Positions 49,517 to 59,177 of a stretch of DNA of 64,000 bases are shown piece after piece; position 1 is the first letter of the stretch; each line of letters starts with the position of its first letter. The position numbers were made by a program, and so were the translations under genes. This stretch comes from Thalassobaculaceae bacterium. GTDB lineage: Bacteria; Pseudomonadota; Alphaproteobacteria; Thalassobaculales; Thalassobaculaceae. The notes below the pieces were generated by a model. The model had not been told where the DNA came from, ran no database searches, and was given only the letters and a program-made list of their open reading frames with translations. The stretch lies in contig OZ245843.1 of the NCBI GenBank assembly GCA_965228875.1, forward strand, positions 4,198,616-4,262,615, given 5' to 3'.

Positions 49517-51316
49517 CTACCGGCCGGCGGCATAGCCCTGCATGCCGCGGGCGTTGGCGGCGGCCTTGAGCACGTCGCCGTCCTTCGCCGCCGCGGTCAG
49601 CCGCCCCTCGCTCCAGTCGCCGCCGACCTGCACCTTGTGGCCCTGGGCCTTCAGGGAGTCGATGGTGGCGGTACCGAACCGGGCCTCCAGCGCGAGCTTG
49701 CCCGGGGACCGGGGGCGCGGCCAGAACGAGCCCGGAAAATGCTCGGAGTGGAAGGCGGGGGTGTCGATCGCCTCCTGAAGGTTCATGCCGTGCTCGACAT
49801 GGTGCAGGAACAGCAGCAGCGACCACTGGTCCTGCTGGTCGCCGCCCGGCGTGCCCCAGACCATGTACGGTTCGCCGTCGCGCATCGCGAGCGATGGCGA
49901 CAGGGTCGTCCGCGGCCGCTTTCCGGGCTGCAGCGACGTCGCGGCGCCCTCGTCGAGCCAGAACATCTGGCCACGCACGCTCATGCAGAAGCCGAGCTCC
50001 GGGACCACCGGGGCGCTCTGCAGCCAGCCGCCGGACGGGGTGCAGGAGATCATGTTGCCGTCGCGGTCAATCACATCGATATGCACCGTGTCCCCGCGCG
50101 CCTCGCCCAGCGGCGTGACCGTCGGTTCGCCGAGGCTCCAGTAGTGGCCGATCTCGCCCGGGTCACCGTCGGCCGCCAGAGCAGCCGCGATGTTCGGATT
50201 CCGCCCCAGCGGGCTTCCCGGTCGCAGGTCGAGCGACGCCTCGGCGCCGATCAGCGCCCGGCGCTCGTCGGCATAAGCCTTGGAGAGCAGCGTGTCGGCC
50301 GGGACGTCGGTGAAGTCCGGGTCGCCGTACCAGGCCTCGCGGTCGGCGAAGGCGAGTTTGGCGGCTTCCACCACGGTATGGACGAATTCCGGGCTGGTCG
50401 CGTCCATGTCGGACAGGCCCATGCCACGCAGCAGGGCGAGCTGCTGCAGCAGCACCGGGCCCTGGCTCCAGAACCCGCACTTGCACACGGTGTAGCGGCC
50501 GTAGTCGAGGGTGACGGGGTCCTCGTAGCGGGCGCTCCAGCTCGCCAGGTCGTCGCCCGTCATCAGTCCGCTATGGGCGCGGCCTGAGGAGTCCAGCAGG
50601 GTCTCGTTCCGGTAGAACCGGTCGATCGCGTCGGCGACCCAGCCCTTGTACCAGATGTCGCGCGCCGCCTCGATCTGACGGAGCCGGTCGCCGGAGGCGG
50701 CCTCGGCCTCGTCGAGGATACGGCGGTAGGTGGCGGCAAGCGTGTGGTTGGTCATCCAGTCGCCGACGACGGGCGGATTGCCGCCCTTCAGATACACCTC
50801 GGCGGAGGTCGGCCAGTGGTCGCGGAACAGCGGGGCGACGCGGCGGGCGAACTCGGCGATCTTCGGCAGCACCGGCACGCCGGCCTCGGCGTAGTCGATG
50901 GCGTAGGACAGCACCTCGCGCAGGCTCATGGTGCCGTAGTCGGCCAGCAGCCTGAGCCAGCCGTCGAAGGCGCCCGGCACCACCGCCGGCAGCAGGCCGG
51001 AACCCGGGATCAGGTCGAGGCCGAGCTTCTGGAAGGCGCCGATCGTCGCCCCCGCCGGGGCGGAGCCCTGGGCGCAGAGGACCCGCGGCCTGCCGTCCTT
51101 GTTGGCGAAGAACACCGCCGGCAGCTCGCCACCGGGTCCGTTCAGATGCGGCTCGGCGACCTGCAGCACGAAGCCGGAGGCGATCGCCGCGTCGAAGGCG
51201 TTGCCGCCCTTCTCCAGCACCGCCATCCCAGCCGCCGAGGCGAGCCAGTGGGTGGTGGTGACCATGCCGAACTTGCCCTGAAGTTCAGGGCGGGTGGTGA
51301 AGGCGAGCTTTGCCAT
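49517..51316 (-). CDS. Gamma-glutamyltransferase family (Ntn-hydrolase), no signal peptide
   Basis: GGNAFDAA, KLAFADR, GD-TVH autoprocessing Thr, PGKRPRTTL, GTPGGDQQ. Confidence 0.9.
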   Translation of the reverse strand: MAKLAFTTRPELQGKFGMVTTTHWLASAAGMAVLEKGGNAFDAAIASGFVLQVAEPHLNGPGGELPAVFFANKDGRPRVLCAQGSAPAGATIGAFQKLGLDLIPGSGLLPAVVPGAFDGWLRLLADYGTMSLREVLSYAIDYAEAGVPVLPKIAEFARRVAPLFRDHWPTSAEVYLKGGNPPVVGDWMTNHTLAATYRRILDEAEAASGDRLRQIEAARDIWYKGWVADAIDRFYRNETLLDSSGRAHSGLMTGDDLASWSARYEDPVTLDYGRYTVCKCGFWSQGPVLLQQLALLRGMGLSDMDATSPEFVHTVVEAAKLAFADREAWYGDPDFTDVPADTLLSKAYADERRALIGAEASLDLRPGSPLGRNPNIAAALAADGDPGEIGHYWSLGEPTVTPLGEARGDTVHIDVIDRDGNMISCTPSGGWLQSAPVVPELGFCMSVRGQMFWLDEGAATSLQPGKRPRTTLSPSLAMRDGEPYMVWGTPGGDQQDQWSLLLFLHHVEHGMNLQEAIDTPAFHSEHFPGSFWPRPRSPGKLALEARFGTATIDSLKAQGHKVQVGGDWSEGRLTAAAKDGDVLKAAANARGMQGYAAGR

Positions 51317-51329
51317 GGGGGCTCCGGGG

Positions 51330-53294
51330 TCAGTCGGCGCTGGCGCGGGCCGCGCGGCCCTGCCACCAGTTCCAGGCGGCGAGCACGGCAATGATCGCCA
51401 GCGATGCCAGTTCGATCTGGACGTTCCAGTACAGGAGACCGAGGGCGGCGACCGCCAGGACGATCCGCTCGACCACCGAGATTCGCGAGAAGATCCGGCC
51501 CTCAAGGGCGCAGTTCAGCGCCCCGGTGGCGACGATCGCCTGGGCGACGGCGAGCATCTGAGCGCCGAACCCGCCATCGAGACCGAGGATCTGCGGCTCG
51601 AACAGGAACAGGAACGGCATCAGGAAGCCCGGCAGGGCCAAGCGTACCGCGTTGAACGACGTGCCCCAGAAGTTCGCCCTGGCGATGTTGGCGCCGACCA
51701 GGGCGGCGACCGCCACCGGCGGCGTCACCGCCGACAGGTTGGCGAAGTAGAACACGAACATGTGGGCGGCGAGCAGCGGAACCCCGGTCTCCACCAGCGC
51801 CGGCGCGCCGAACAGGGCGACGATGAAATACGAGGCGGAGGTCGGCAGGCCGAGGCCGAACACCAGGCAGGAGACGGCGACGACGATCGACAGGGTGAAG
51901 AGCGAGCCGTCCGACAGGTCGAGCATGAAGAACGACAGCTTCTGCGCGAAGCCGGTGACGGTCAGCAGTTCGATCAGCACGCCGATGACGGCGATCACCG
52001 TGGCGACGGCGGCGCCGGACCGCGTGCCTTCGACGAGGCCGTTGACCACCCGGGCGATGGCCTCGCGGAACGAGTCGAGGGAGAAGCGGCCCCGGGTCAC
52101 GGTGACCGCCATGTCGAGGCCGAGCAGGAGCAGTACCGAGATCAGCGCCGAGTTGCCCGCCGGAATGCCGCTGACCAGCAGCCAGATCAGCACGGCGATG
52201 GAGACCGCCAGATGCCATTGCCCCCTAGCGACCTGGCCGAGACTCGGCCCGCCTTCGAGCACGTCCGACTCGCGGGCGTCGAGATCCAGGTTCACGGCGC
52301 GGAGCTGCACCGAGAACATCAGATAGGCGTAGTAGATCAGCGCCGGCGCCAGGGCCGCGAGCATGATCGAATTGTAGGGCAGGCCGGTCATTCCGACGAT
52401 CAGGAAGGCGGCGAGGCCCATAACCGGGGGCATGAGCTGGCCGCCGGTCGAGGAGACGGCCTCGACGGCGCCGGCGAACTCGCCCCGGAAGCCGTAGCGC
52501 TTCATCAGCGGGATCGTCAGCGCGCCGGTGGAGGCGACGTTGGCGACGGTGGATCCCGAGACCGTACCCATCAGTCCGCTGGACACGACGGCCACCAGCG
52601 CCGGCCCGGCCCGGGACCTGCGGCCGATGGTGAAGCCGATCTGGACGATGAAGTCGATGGCGCCCGTCGCCTTCAGCGCGCCGCCGAACAGCATGAACAT
52701 GAAGATCGTGCCGGCGGACAGGCTGGTCAGGCCGCCGAGGAGGCCCTGGAAATACGGGATCGAGGTGTAGCCGAGCAGCCGCTGCGGGGCGATGCCGCCG
52801 TGGAAGAAGATCTCACCGGGCAGCAGATAGCCGTAGAGCCCGTAGGCGATGCCGATCAGCGCCATGGCGGGAATGGTCCAGCCCCATTGGAAGCCGGAGA
52901 GGATCAGCGCGGCCAGCAGCAGCAGGACCCCCACCGCCATGTCGGCGGCATTCGGCAGGAAGCTACGGACCTGGGTGAGCGCCTGATACTCGACATGGAT
53001 ATAGGCCATGAGGCCGATGGCGAGGGCCGCCAGCACCCAGAACGCCAGGCGTCGCAGCTTCTGCTCGGCACCGCTCTGCTCGATCAGGGCAAGGAAGCCG
53101 ATGACGATGGCGAAGCCGAGGTGGAAGTTCCGGAACTGGCCGGACGGCAGCGAGAACGTCGCCAGCTGCATCATGTGGATGCCGAGCATGATGAGCGCGG
53201 CCACGAGCAGGAGACCCGTGGCCGTGCGCGACCGTGTATCGGCGGCGCCGGCGATTTCCTCGAACCGCCGGCGCGTCTGGTCAGATTGTGTCAA
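51330..53294 (-). CDS. TRAP transporter fused 4TM/12TM permease
   Basis: GTVSGSTVANV, EAVSSTGGQLMPPVMG, GLGLPTSASY, TPPVA. Start (TTG) uncertain. Confidence 0.9.
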   Translation of the reverse strand: MTQSDQTRRRFEEIAGAADTRSRTATGLLLVAALIMLGIHMMQLATFSLPSGQFRNFHLGFAIVIGFLALIEQSGAEQKLRRLAFWVLAALAIGLMAYIHVEYQALTQVRSFLPNAADMAVGVLLLLAALILSGFQWGWTIPAMALIGIAYGLYGYLLPGEIFFHGGIAPQRLLGYTSIPYFQGLLGGLTSLSAGTIFMFMLFGGALKATGAIDFIVQIGFTIGRRSRAGPALVAVVSSGLMGTVSGSTVANVASTGALTIPLMKRYGFRGEFAGAVEAVSSTGGQLMPPVMGLAAFLIVGMTGLPYNSIMLAALAPALIYYAYLMFSVQLRAVNLDLDARESDVLEGGPSLGQVARGQWHLAVSIAVLIWLLVSGIPAGNSALISVLLLLGLDMAVTVTRGRFSLDSFREAIARVVNGLVEGTRSGAAVATVIAVIGVLIELLTVTGFAQKLSFFMLDLSDGSLFTLSIVVAVSCLVFGLGLPTSASYFIVALFGAPALVETGVPLLAAHMFVFYFANLSAVTPPVAVAALVGANIARANFWGTSFNAVRLALPGFLMPFLFLFEPQILGLDGGFGAQMLAVAQAIVATGALNCALEGRIFSRISVVERIVLAVAALGLLYWNVQIELASLAIIAVLAAWNWWQGRAARASAD

Positions 53295-53316
53295 AGCGTC
53301 CCCGTCGGGTCCGGTG

Positions 53317-54321
53317 TCAGCCGTGGATCTTGTACTGGTCGTCCCAGACGCCGATTTCCTTGAAGTACTTCGCCGCACCGGCATTGACCGGATAGGCCGG
53401 CATCAGGAACTCCATCGCGAACTCGGGGTTGATGTCCTTGAGCTTCACGCCGCCGCGCTTGCGCACGTACTCGGCGTTCTCGTAGATCGCCTTGGTGACG
53501 GTGTAGCCGACCTCCTCGGAGATATCCGGGCTGGCGGCCAGAACGCCGCCGAAGGACACCATGCGCGTCGGCTCCTTGAGGCTGGCCCAGGTGTCCGGCG
53601 AGACCATGGCGCTCTTCACGCCCGGGTTCATCTCCGCCGCCTTCGCCACCAGCTCCTCGCTGATCGGCAGGATCTTCAGCTCGTGGGTCGTCTCAAGGCG
53701 CTGCATGACGCCCGACGGATTGCCGGCGGTGAGCAGCGACGGAATGCAGTCCACCGCGCCGGAGGCGAGGGCGTCGTAGCTCTCGCTCCAGGAGCCGTAG
53801 GTCCACTCGACCTTGTCCTTGATCCCGGCGGCCTCGAACAGGGTGGTCCACAGGCCGGTGGTGGCGCCGCCGGCGGTCGCCGGCATCACCCGCTTGCCCA
53901 CCAGGTCCTCGATTGTCTCGATGCCGGAATCGGCCCGCACCATCGGCGTGCACTGCCAGACGGTGTAGGAGAACATCTGCACCGCGTTGACCGGCTTGCC
54001 TTCGTAGCGGCCGAGGCCGTTGATCGCCGGGTGCCAGTCGGTGGTGGTGGACTGCCCGAAATCGAGGATACCCTCGCCGATCAGGGCCATGTTCTCGGCG
54101 CCGCCCGCCGTCGACAGGGAGGCGTGCCGGCCGTCGGAGAACTTGGAGGCCGCGGCCGAGAGAACGGTGATGATCTGGTAGCCGGTCGAGCCGAGGCTGG
54201 ACGAGCCCCACTGGTAGATCTTCGCCGCCTGGGCGCCACCGCCCAGGAGCGGCGTCATCGCGGCCGCGCCGGCGGCGCCGCCGATCCCCTGGAGAAGCGA
54301 ACGTCTGGTCAGAACAGCCAT
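53317..54321 (-). CDS. TAXI-family TRAP solute-binding protein with Tat signal
   Basis: TRRSLL twin-arginine leader; STAGGAEN and GAAKYFKEIG TAXI motifs. Confidence 0.88.
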   Translation of the reverse strand: MAVLTRRSLLQGIGGAAGAAAMTPLLGGGAQAAKIYQWGSSSLGSTGYQIITVLSAAASKFSDGRHASLSTAGGAENMALIGEGILDFGQSTTTDWHPAINGLGRYEGKPVNAVQMFSYTVWQCTPMVRADSGIETIEDLVGKRVMPATAGGATTGLWTTLFEAAGIKDKVEWTYGSWSESYDALASGAVDCIPSLLTAGNPSGVMQRLETTHELKILPISEELVAKAAEMNPGVKSAMVSPDTWASLKEPTRMVSFGGVLAASPDISEEVGYTVTKAIYENAEYVRKRGGVKLKDINPEFAMEFLMPAYPVNAGAAKYFKEIGVWDDQYKIHG

Positions 54322-54485
54322 AGAAACCCCCTGCTGCTGAGTGTGAGCGATCCGCCGTCCTCTGGCGGCCTTAGCGCGGAGGGTAGTTGTCGACCGGAGG
54401 GTGGGCAACCCAGAGAAAGCCTCACCGTATACAACGGCTGCGATTGCCCGGCGGACCGATGCGCGGCGACGGCTCGGATCGGCCT

Positions 54486-55049
54486 TCAGTAGGCCCAGAG
54501 CGCCGCGACGCTCTCGTCGGCGGCGGCAACCCGTTCGACCGGGTCGCGCTGCCGCAGCGCCGCGACCGGCACCGTGTCCTCGTCGCTGTCGTCGAGGGCC
54601 GGTTGATAGAAGCCGGTGAACCTGCGGCGCGCCGCCAGCCAGGCGTTGAGCTCGCGGGCGTCGGCCACGGCGACGGCGTCGAATCCGCTGCGTTGCAGGA
54701 ACAGGTAAAGATCGCGGATGACGTGGCCGGTGGCCCGGATCTCGCCGGGGAAGCCGTGCCGTTCGCGCAGCAGCCGGGCCTGGGAGAAGGCGCGGCCGTC
54801 GTTGAACTTCGGGAACGCGAGGGCGACCAGATCGAGATCGCCCAAGGCGTCGACGATGTCGTCGACCGCCTCGTCCGGCGCCAGGGCGATGCCGATCCGC
54901 TCGAACCGGGCGGCCGCCGCCCGGCCCAGCTCCCGCCATTCCGCGAGGCTGAGCAGGACGTGCTCCCAGGTGTCGAGTTCGGTCAGGTCACGGCCGCCGA
55001 GCGGTCGCCAGGAATCCTCGATCACGCAGTCACGCTTGACGATCGGCAT
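54486..55049 (-). CDS. DUF934 protein (CysI-associated)
   Basis: FPKFNDGRAFSQARLLRER, RATGHVIRD, RSGFDA, FYQ. Confidence 0.88.
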   Translation of the reverse strand: MPIVKRDCVIEDSWRPLGGRDLTELDTWEHVLLSLAEWRELGRAAAARFERIGIALAPDEAVDDIVDALGDLDLVALAFPKFNDGRAFSQARLLRERHGFPGEIRATGHVIRDLYLFLQRSGFDAVAVADARELNAWLAARRRFTGFYQPALDDSDEDTVPVAALRQRDPVERVAAADESVAALWAY

Positions 55050-56688
55050 GGAGAGCCTCCTTGAAAGGGGTCAGGCCGAGGCGCCGGACGGCGTCGACGA
55101 AGGTTTCGCCGGTCTGGCGGATCTCGCGGTAGGTCTCGATGATGCGCTCGACGGTCTCGACAACCCTGTCGAAGGCGACCGCCGGGCCGACGATCGAGCC
55201 GACAGCGGCGTCGTCGCCGGCCGACCCGCCGAGGGTGATCTGGTAGAACTCCTCGCCCTTCTTATCGACGCCGAGGATGCCGATGTTGCCGACATGATGG
55301 TGGCCGCAGGCGTTGATGCAGCCCGAGATGTTCAGGGTCAGCGGTCCGAGTTCGCCGGCCAGGTCGCTGTCGGCGAAGCGCCGGCTGAGAGCCTGGGCGA
55401 CGGGAATGGCGCGGGCGTTGGCGAGGTTGCAGTAGTCCAGCCCCGGGCACGAGATGATGTCGGTGATCAGTCCGATATTGGCGTCGGCCAGTCCGATCTC
55501 GCAGAGCGCCTCCCACAGGGCGAAGAGATCGGCCTCGCGCACATGCGGCAGGACCAGGTTCTGCTCATGGGCGATCCGGATGTCGCCGAGGGAGTAACGG
55601 TCGGCGAGGTCGGCGACGGCGTCCATCTGCTCGGCCGTGGCGTCGCCCGGGATGCCGCCGGCCGGCTTGAGCGAGATCGTCGTCACCGCGTAGCCCGGGA
55701 CCTTGTGCGGGAACAGGTTGGTTCGGCACCAGCGGGCGAAGGCCCGGTGCTCGAGCTTGGCGGCGATGTGTGCCGGGTCGGGCGCGGCCGGGGTCAGCGC
55801 CGGAGGCGCGAAGTAGGACTCGATCCGCCGGATCTCCGCGTCGGTCAGGGTCAGCGCGCCGTCGCGGATCCGCTCCCACTCCTCCTCGACCGCACGGGTG
55901 AACGCCTCGACACCGGTCTGCGCGAGCAGGATCTTGATCCGCGCCTTGTACAGGTTGTCCCGGCGCCCCAGCAGATTGTAGGTCCGCAGCACCGCCTCGA
56001 GATAGGAGAGCAGATGCTCCTTCGGCAGGAACGCGCGGATCGTCTCGCCGACCAGCGGGGTGCGCCCCTGGCCGCCGCCGACGATCACCTCGAACCCGAC
56101 AGCCCCGTCGGCATTGCGCCGCATCCGCAGGCCGATGTCGTGGAACTTGACCGCCGCCCGGTCGGTCTCCGCGCCGGTGACCGCGATCTTGAATTTGCGG
56201 GGCAGGAACGAGAACTCCGGATGCAGGGTCGACCACTGGCGGATGATCTCGGCCCAGACGCGGGAATCCTCGATTTCATCCGCGGCGGCCCCAGCGAACT
56301 GGTCGGCGGTGACGTTGCGGATGCAGTTGCCGGACGTCTGGATGGCGTGCATCTCGACCGACGCCAGCGCGTCGAGGATGTCGGGGACGTCCTCCAGCTT
56401 CGGCCAGTTGTACTGGATGTTCTGGCGGGTGGTGAAATGGCCGTAGCCGCGGTCCCAGCGCCGGGCGATCTCCGCCAGCATGCGCATCTGCGTCGACGAC
56501 AGCGTGCCGTAGGGAATGGCGACGCGCAGCATGTAGGCGTGGAGCTGCAGATACAGGCCGTTCATCAGCCTGAGCGGCTTGAACTCTTCCTCGGTCAGCT
56601 CGCCGGCGAGGCGGCGCGCGACCTGCTCGCGGAACTCGGCGGACCGGGCGCGCACGAAGGCGTGGTCGAAACTGCTGTACTGGTACAT
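55030..56688 (-). CDS. cysI: Sulfite reductase hemoprotein (nitrite/sulfite reductase family)
   Basis: LRLMNGLYLQ, TTRQNIQ, LPRKFKI, CPGLDYC...SGCINAC. Confidence 0.9.
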   Translation of the reverse strand: MYQYSSFDHAFVRARSAEFREQVARRLAGELTEEEFKPLRLMNGLYLQLHAYMLRVAIPYGTLSSTQMRMLAEIARRWDRGYGHFTTRQNIQYNWPKLEDVPDILDALASVEMHAIQTSGNCIRNVTADQFAGAAADEIEDSRVWAEIIRQWSTLHPEFSFLPRKFKIAVTGAETDRAAVKFHDIGLRMRRNADGAVGFEVIVGGGQGRTPLVGETIRAFLPKEHLLSYLEAVLRTYNLLGRRDNLYKARIKILLAQTGVEAFTRAVEEEWERIRDGALTLTDAEIRRIESYFAPPALTPAAPDPAHIAAKLEHRAFARWCRTNLFPHKVPGYAVTTISLKPAGGIPGDATAEQMDAVADLADRYSLGDIRIAHEQNLVLPHVREADLFALWEALCEIGLADANIGLITDIISCPGLDYCNLANARAIPVAQALSRRFADSDLAGELGPLTLNISGCINACGHHHVGNIGILGVDKKGEEFYQITLGGSAGDDAAVGSIVGPAVAFDRVVETVERIIETYREIRQTGETFVDAVRRLGLTPFKEALHADRQA

Positions 56689-56691
56689 GTC

Positions 56692-57021
56692 TCAGGCCGC
56701 CCTGTCTGACGGGATCGGGGAGGGGGGTGTCAGGTCGGTGCCGGCCGTCGGGCCGGCGGCGCGGATGCGTTCGCGCTGACCCAGCGGCCGCGGGCGGCCG
56801 TCGGACTCGATCGCGACCGCGAACAGATAAGGGCCGACGACGATCCGGTCGCGTACCGCCGCCGCGGCCGTGGCCTCGAAACCGGCGACCTCCAGCGGCT
56901 CGGCGCTCGGATGGGCGTCGCCGATCCGTTCGGACCAGGTGTGGGACAGGGTGAGATAGACCACTGCGCCGTCGGACAGGCGGTTGGCGGTCATCACGTG
57001 CGGTGCGGAACGTCTGGTCAT
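56692..57021 (-). CDS. DUF2849 protein
   Basis: TANRLSDGAVVYL ... RERIRAAGPT. Confidence 0.85.
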   Translation of the reverse strand: MTRRSAPHVMTANRLSDGAVVYLTLSHTWSERIGDAHPSAEPLEVAGFEATAAAAVRDRIVVGPYLFAVAIESDGRPRPLGQRERIRAAGPTAGTDLTPPSPIPSDRAA

Positions 57022-57035
57022 CGTGCTCTCCTCGA

Positions 57036-58469
57036 TCAGACGGCAAGCCGGTGGGGTGACGCCTCGATCGGTCGGATCGTGACCGATGCTGCCGGTGTCA
57101 GCGGCAGCGCGCGCGTGGCGGCGGTCACGTCTCCGATCACCAGCAGGGCCGGGCCGGTCACGGAGTGGCCGCGGACGAGCGGCCCGAGGTCGGCGAGCGT
57201 GCCGCGCAGGACGCGCTGATCCGGATGGGTGGCGCGCTCGATGACGGCGACGGGGGTCGAGGGCGACCGGCCGGCGGCGATGGTCCGTTCGGCGATACCG
57301 TCGGCGACCGAGACGCCCATGTACACGACTAGGGTATTGCGCTGCTCGGCCAGCAGCGCCGGCGCGACGTCGAGCGCCCCGTCCTTTCCGTGGCCGGTGA
57401 CGAAGGTGACCGAGGACGCGAGGCGGCGGTCGGTCAGGGGAATGGCGCTGGACGCCGCCGCGCCCAGGGCGGCGGTGACTCCCGGGACGATCTCGACGTC
57501 GATGTGATGGGCACGCAGGTGGTCCAGTTCCTCGCCGCCGCGCCCGAACACGAAGGGATCGCCACCCTTCAGGCGGACGACACGGCGGCCGGCCCGTGCC
57601 TGGTCGAGCAGGATGGCGTTGATCTCGTCCTGGGTCGCCCTGCGTCGGCCCTTGCGTTTGCCGACGTCGATCCGATCGGCGTCGCGGCGCACGCAGTCGA
57701 GGATACCGTCGCCCAGCAGCGAATCATGGACCACGACATCGGCGTCCTGCATCAGCCGCAGGGCTCGCACGGTCAGCAGGTCCGGGTCGCCCGGCCCGGC
57801 GCCGATCAGCGCCACCGACCCGGTGGTCGGCGGCGACCGATCGTCGTTGATCGCGCGGAGCATCGCCTCGGCGGCGCCCGCCTCGTCGCCGGCCAGCACA
57901 CGGCGGGCGACGGGGCCGTCGAACACGCTCTCCCAGAACCGTCGCCGGCGGTCGCCGTTATCATGCGCGGCGGCGACAGCGCCGCGGAACCGGCCGGCGA
58001 AATCGGCGAGACGTCCGAGACGCGAGGGCAGCATCGCCTCGATCCGCTCACGCAGGCGCCGTACCAGAACCGGCGCCGCCCCGGCACTGCCGATGGCGAC
58101 GAGCAGTGGATCGCGGTCAACGATCCCGGGAACGATCACCGTCGACTGGGCCGGACGGTCGATCACGTTGACCGGAATGCCGGTCCGGCGGGCCGCGTCG
58201 AGCACGGGGTCCACAGGCTGGGTGCCGTCGTCGGAGACGACAACCAGGGCGGCACCGTCGAGGTCGCGCGGCTCGAACGTCCGGGCCTGGAGGTCCAGGA
58301 CGCCCTGGGTGGCGGCCGTGCGGATTTCCTCGACGGCTTCCGGGGCGATGACGAGCGGTCGGGCCTTGGCCTTCAGCAGCAGCCGGATCTTGCGGGCGGC
58401 CTCGTCGCCGCCGCCGATCACGACGCAGCGCCGTCCGTCCAGTTTCGCGAAGAGGGGAAAATATCTCAC
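57036..58469 (-). CDS. cysG: Siroheme synthase (sulfite-cluster copy)
   Basis: GTG start after GGAG; YFPLF, VIGGG, NVIDRP, GAGPGDPDLLT, RLKGGDPFVFGRGGEE. Confidence 0.9.
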   Translation of the reverse strand: MRYFPLFAKLDGRRCVVIGGGDEAARKIRLLLKAKARPLVIAPEAVEEIRTAATQGVLDLQARTFEPRDLDGAALVVVSDDGTQPVDPVLDAARRTGIPVNVIDRPAQSTVIVPGIVDRDPLLVAIGSAGAAPVLVRRLRERIEAMLPSRLGRLADFAGRFRGAVAAAHDNGDRRRRFWESVFDGPVARRVLAGDEAGAAEAMLRAINDDRSPPTTGSVALIGAGPGDPDLLTVRALRLMQDADVVVHDSLLGDGILDCVRRDADRIDVGKRKGRRRATQDEINAILLDQARAGRRVVRLKGGDPFVFGRGGEELDHLRAHHIDVEIVPGVTAALGAAASSAIPLTDRRLASSVTFVTGHGKDGALDVAPALLAEQRNTLVVYMGVSVADGIAERTIAAGRSPSTPVAVIERATHPDQRVLRGTLADLGPLVRGHSVTGPALLVIGDVTAATRALPLTPAASVTIRPIEASPHRLAV

Positions 58470-58722
58470 GGGCGATCTCCACTCGGTCCGGTCTCGGGCC
58501 CACGGGCTATCCCCGTGGCGCTTTAGCGCTTCGTGACGCGGTCGCAAGCTGCCCTTCAAATCACCGCGGCCCCGTCCCGGGGGCTGGGGCACGAATGCCC
58601 CGTCGACCAAAGGGTATTAAGATCGTTCCCGAATGCCTAGATGGAGGTCGTCAGAAAGAACGGGACGGTCCGAATGAGTCCTGATAGGAACAGAACCGTT
58701 CCCAAACATGCTGGAGCATGGA

Positions 58723-59172
58723 ATGGATGATACAGACCGTCGGATCCTCCGGATCCTGCAGAAGGACTGCAGCGCGCCGGTATCGGAGGTGGCGCGCCAG
58801 GTCGGGCTGTCGGCCTCGCCCTGCTGGAAGCGGATCAACCGGCTGCAGGAGAGCGGCGTCATCCGCGAGCAGGTGGCGGTGCTGGAACCGGAGGCGCTGG
58901 GCTACGGGCTGACCGTGTTCATGTCGATCCGTACCGGTGAGCATTCCGGCGAGTGGCTTCGCGGATTCGCCGAATTCGTCAGCGCCATGCCGGAGGTCCA
59001 GGAGTTCCACCGCATGGCCGGCGAGATCGACTACATGCTCAAGGTCGTGGTCGCCGACATGAAAGCGTTCGACGCGTTCTACAAGCGTCTGGTCGACACC
59101 ACGCCGCTGGCCGAGGTGACCTCGCGGTTCTCCATGGAGACGATCAAGCAGACGACCGAACTGCCGGTCTGA
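58723..59172 (+). CDS. Lrp/AsnC-family regulator (DecR-like), divergent from cysG-cysI
   Basis: VGLSASPCWKRI, HRMAGEIDYMLKV, SRFSMETIK. Confidence 0.9.
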   Translation: MDDTDRRILRILQKDCSAPVSEVARQVGLSASPCWKRINRLQESGVIREQVAVLEPEALGYGLTVFMSIRTGEHSGEWLRGFAEFVSAMPEVQEFHRMAGEIDYMLKVVVADMKAFDAFYKRLVDTTPLAEVTSRFSMETIKQTTELPV

Positions 59173-59177
59173 ACCGT

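Noticed and set aside
49517..51316. GGT as the HpxW partner of the AtzG/AtzE-like pair
   Set aside because: It is 32 kb away, in its own TRAP operon; no sequence evidence links them.
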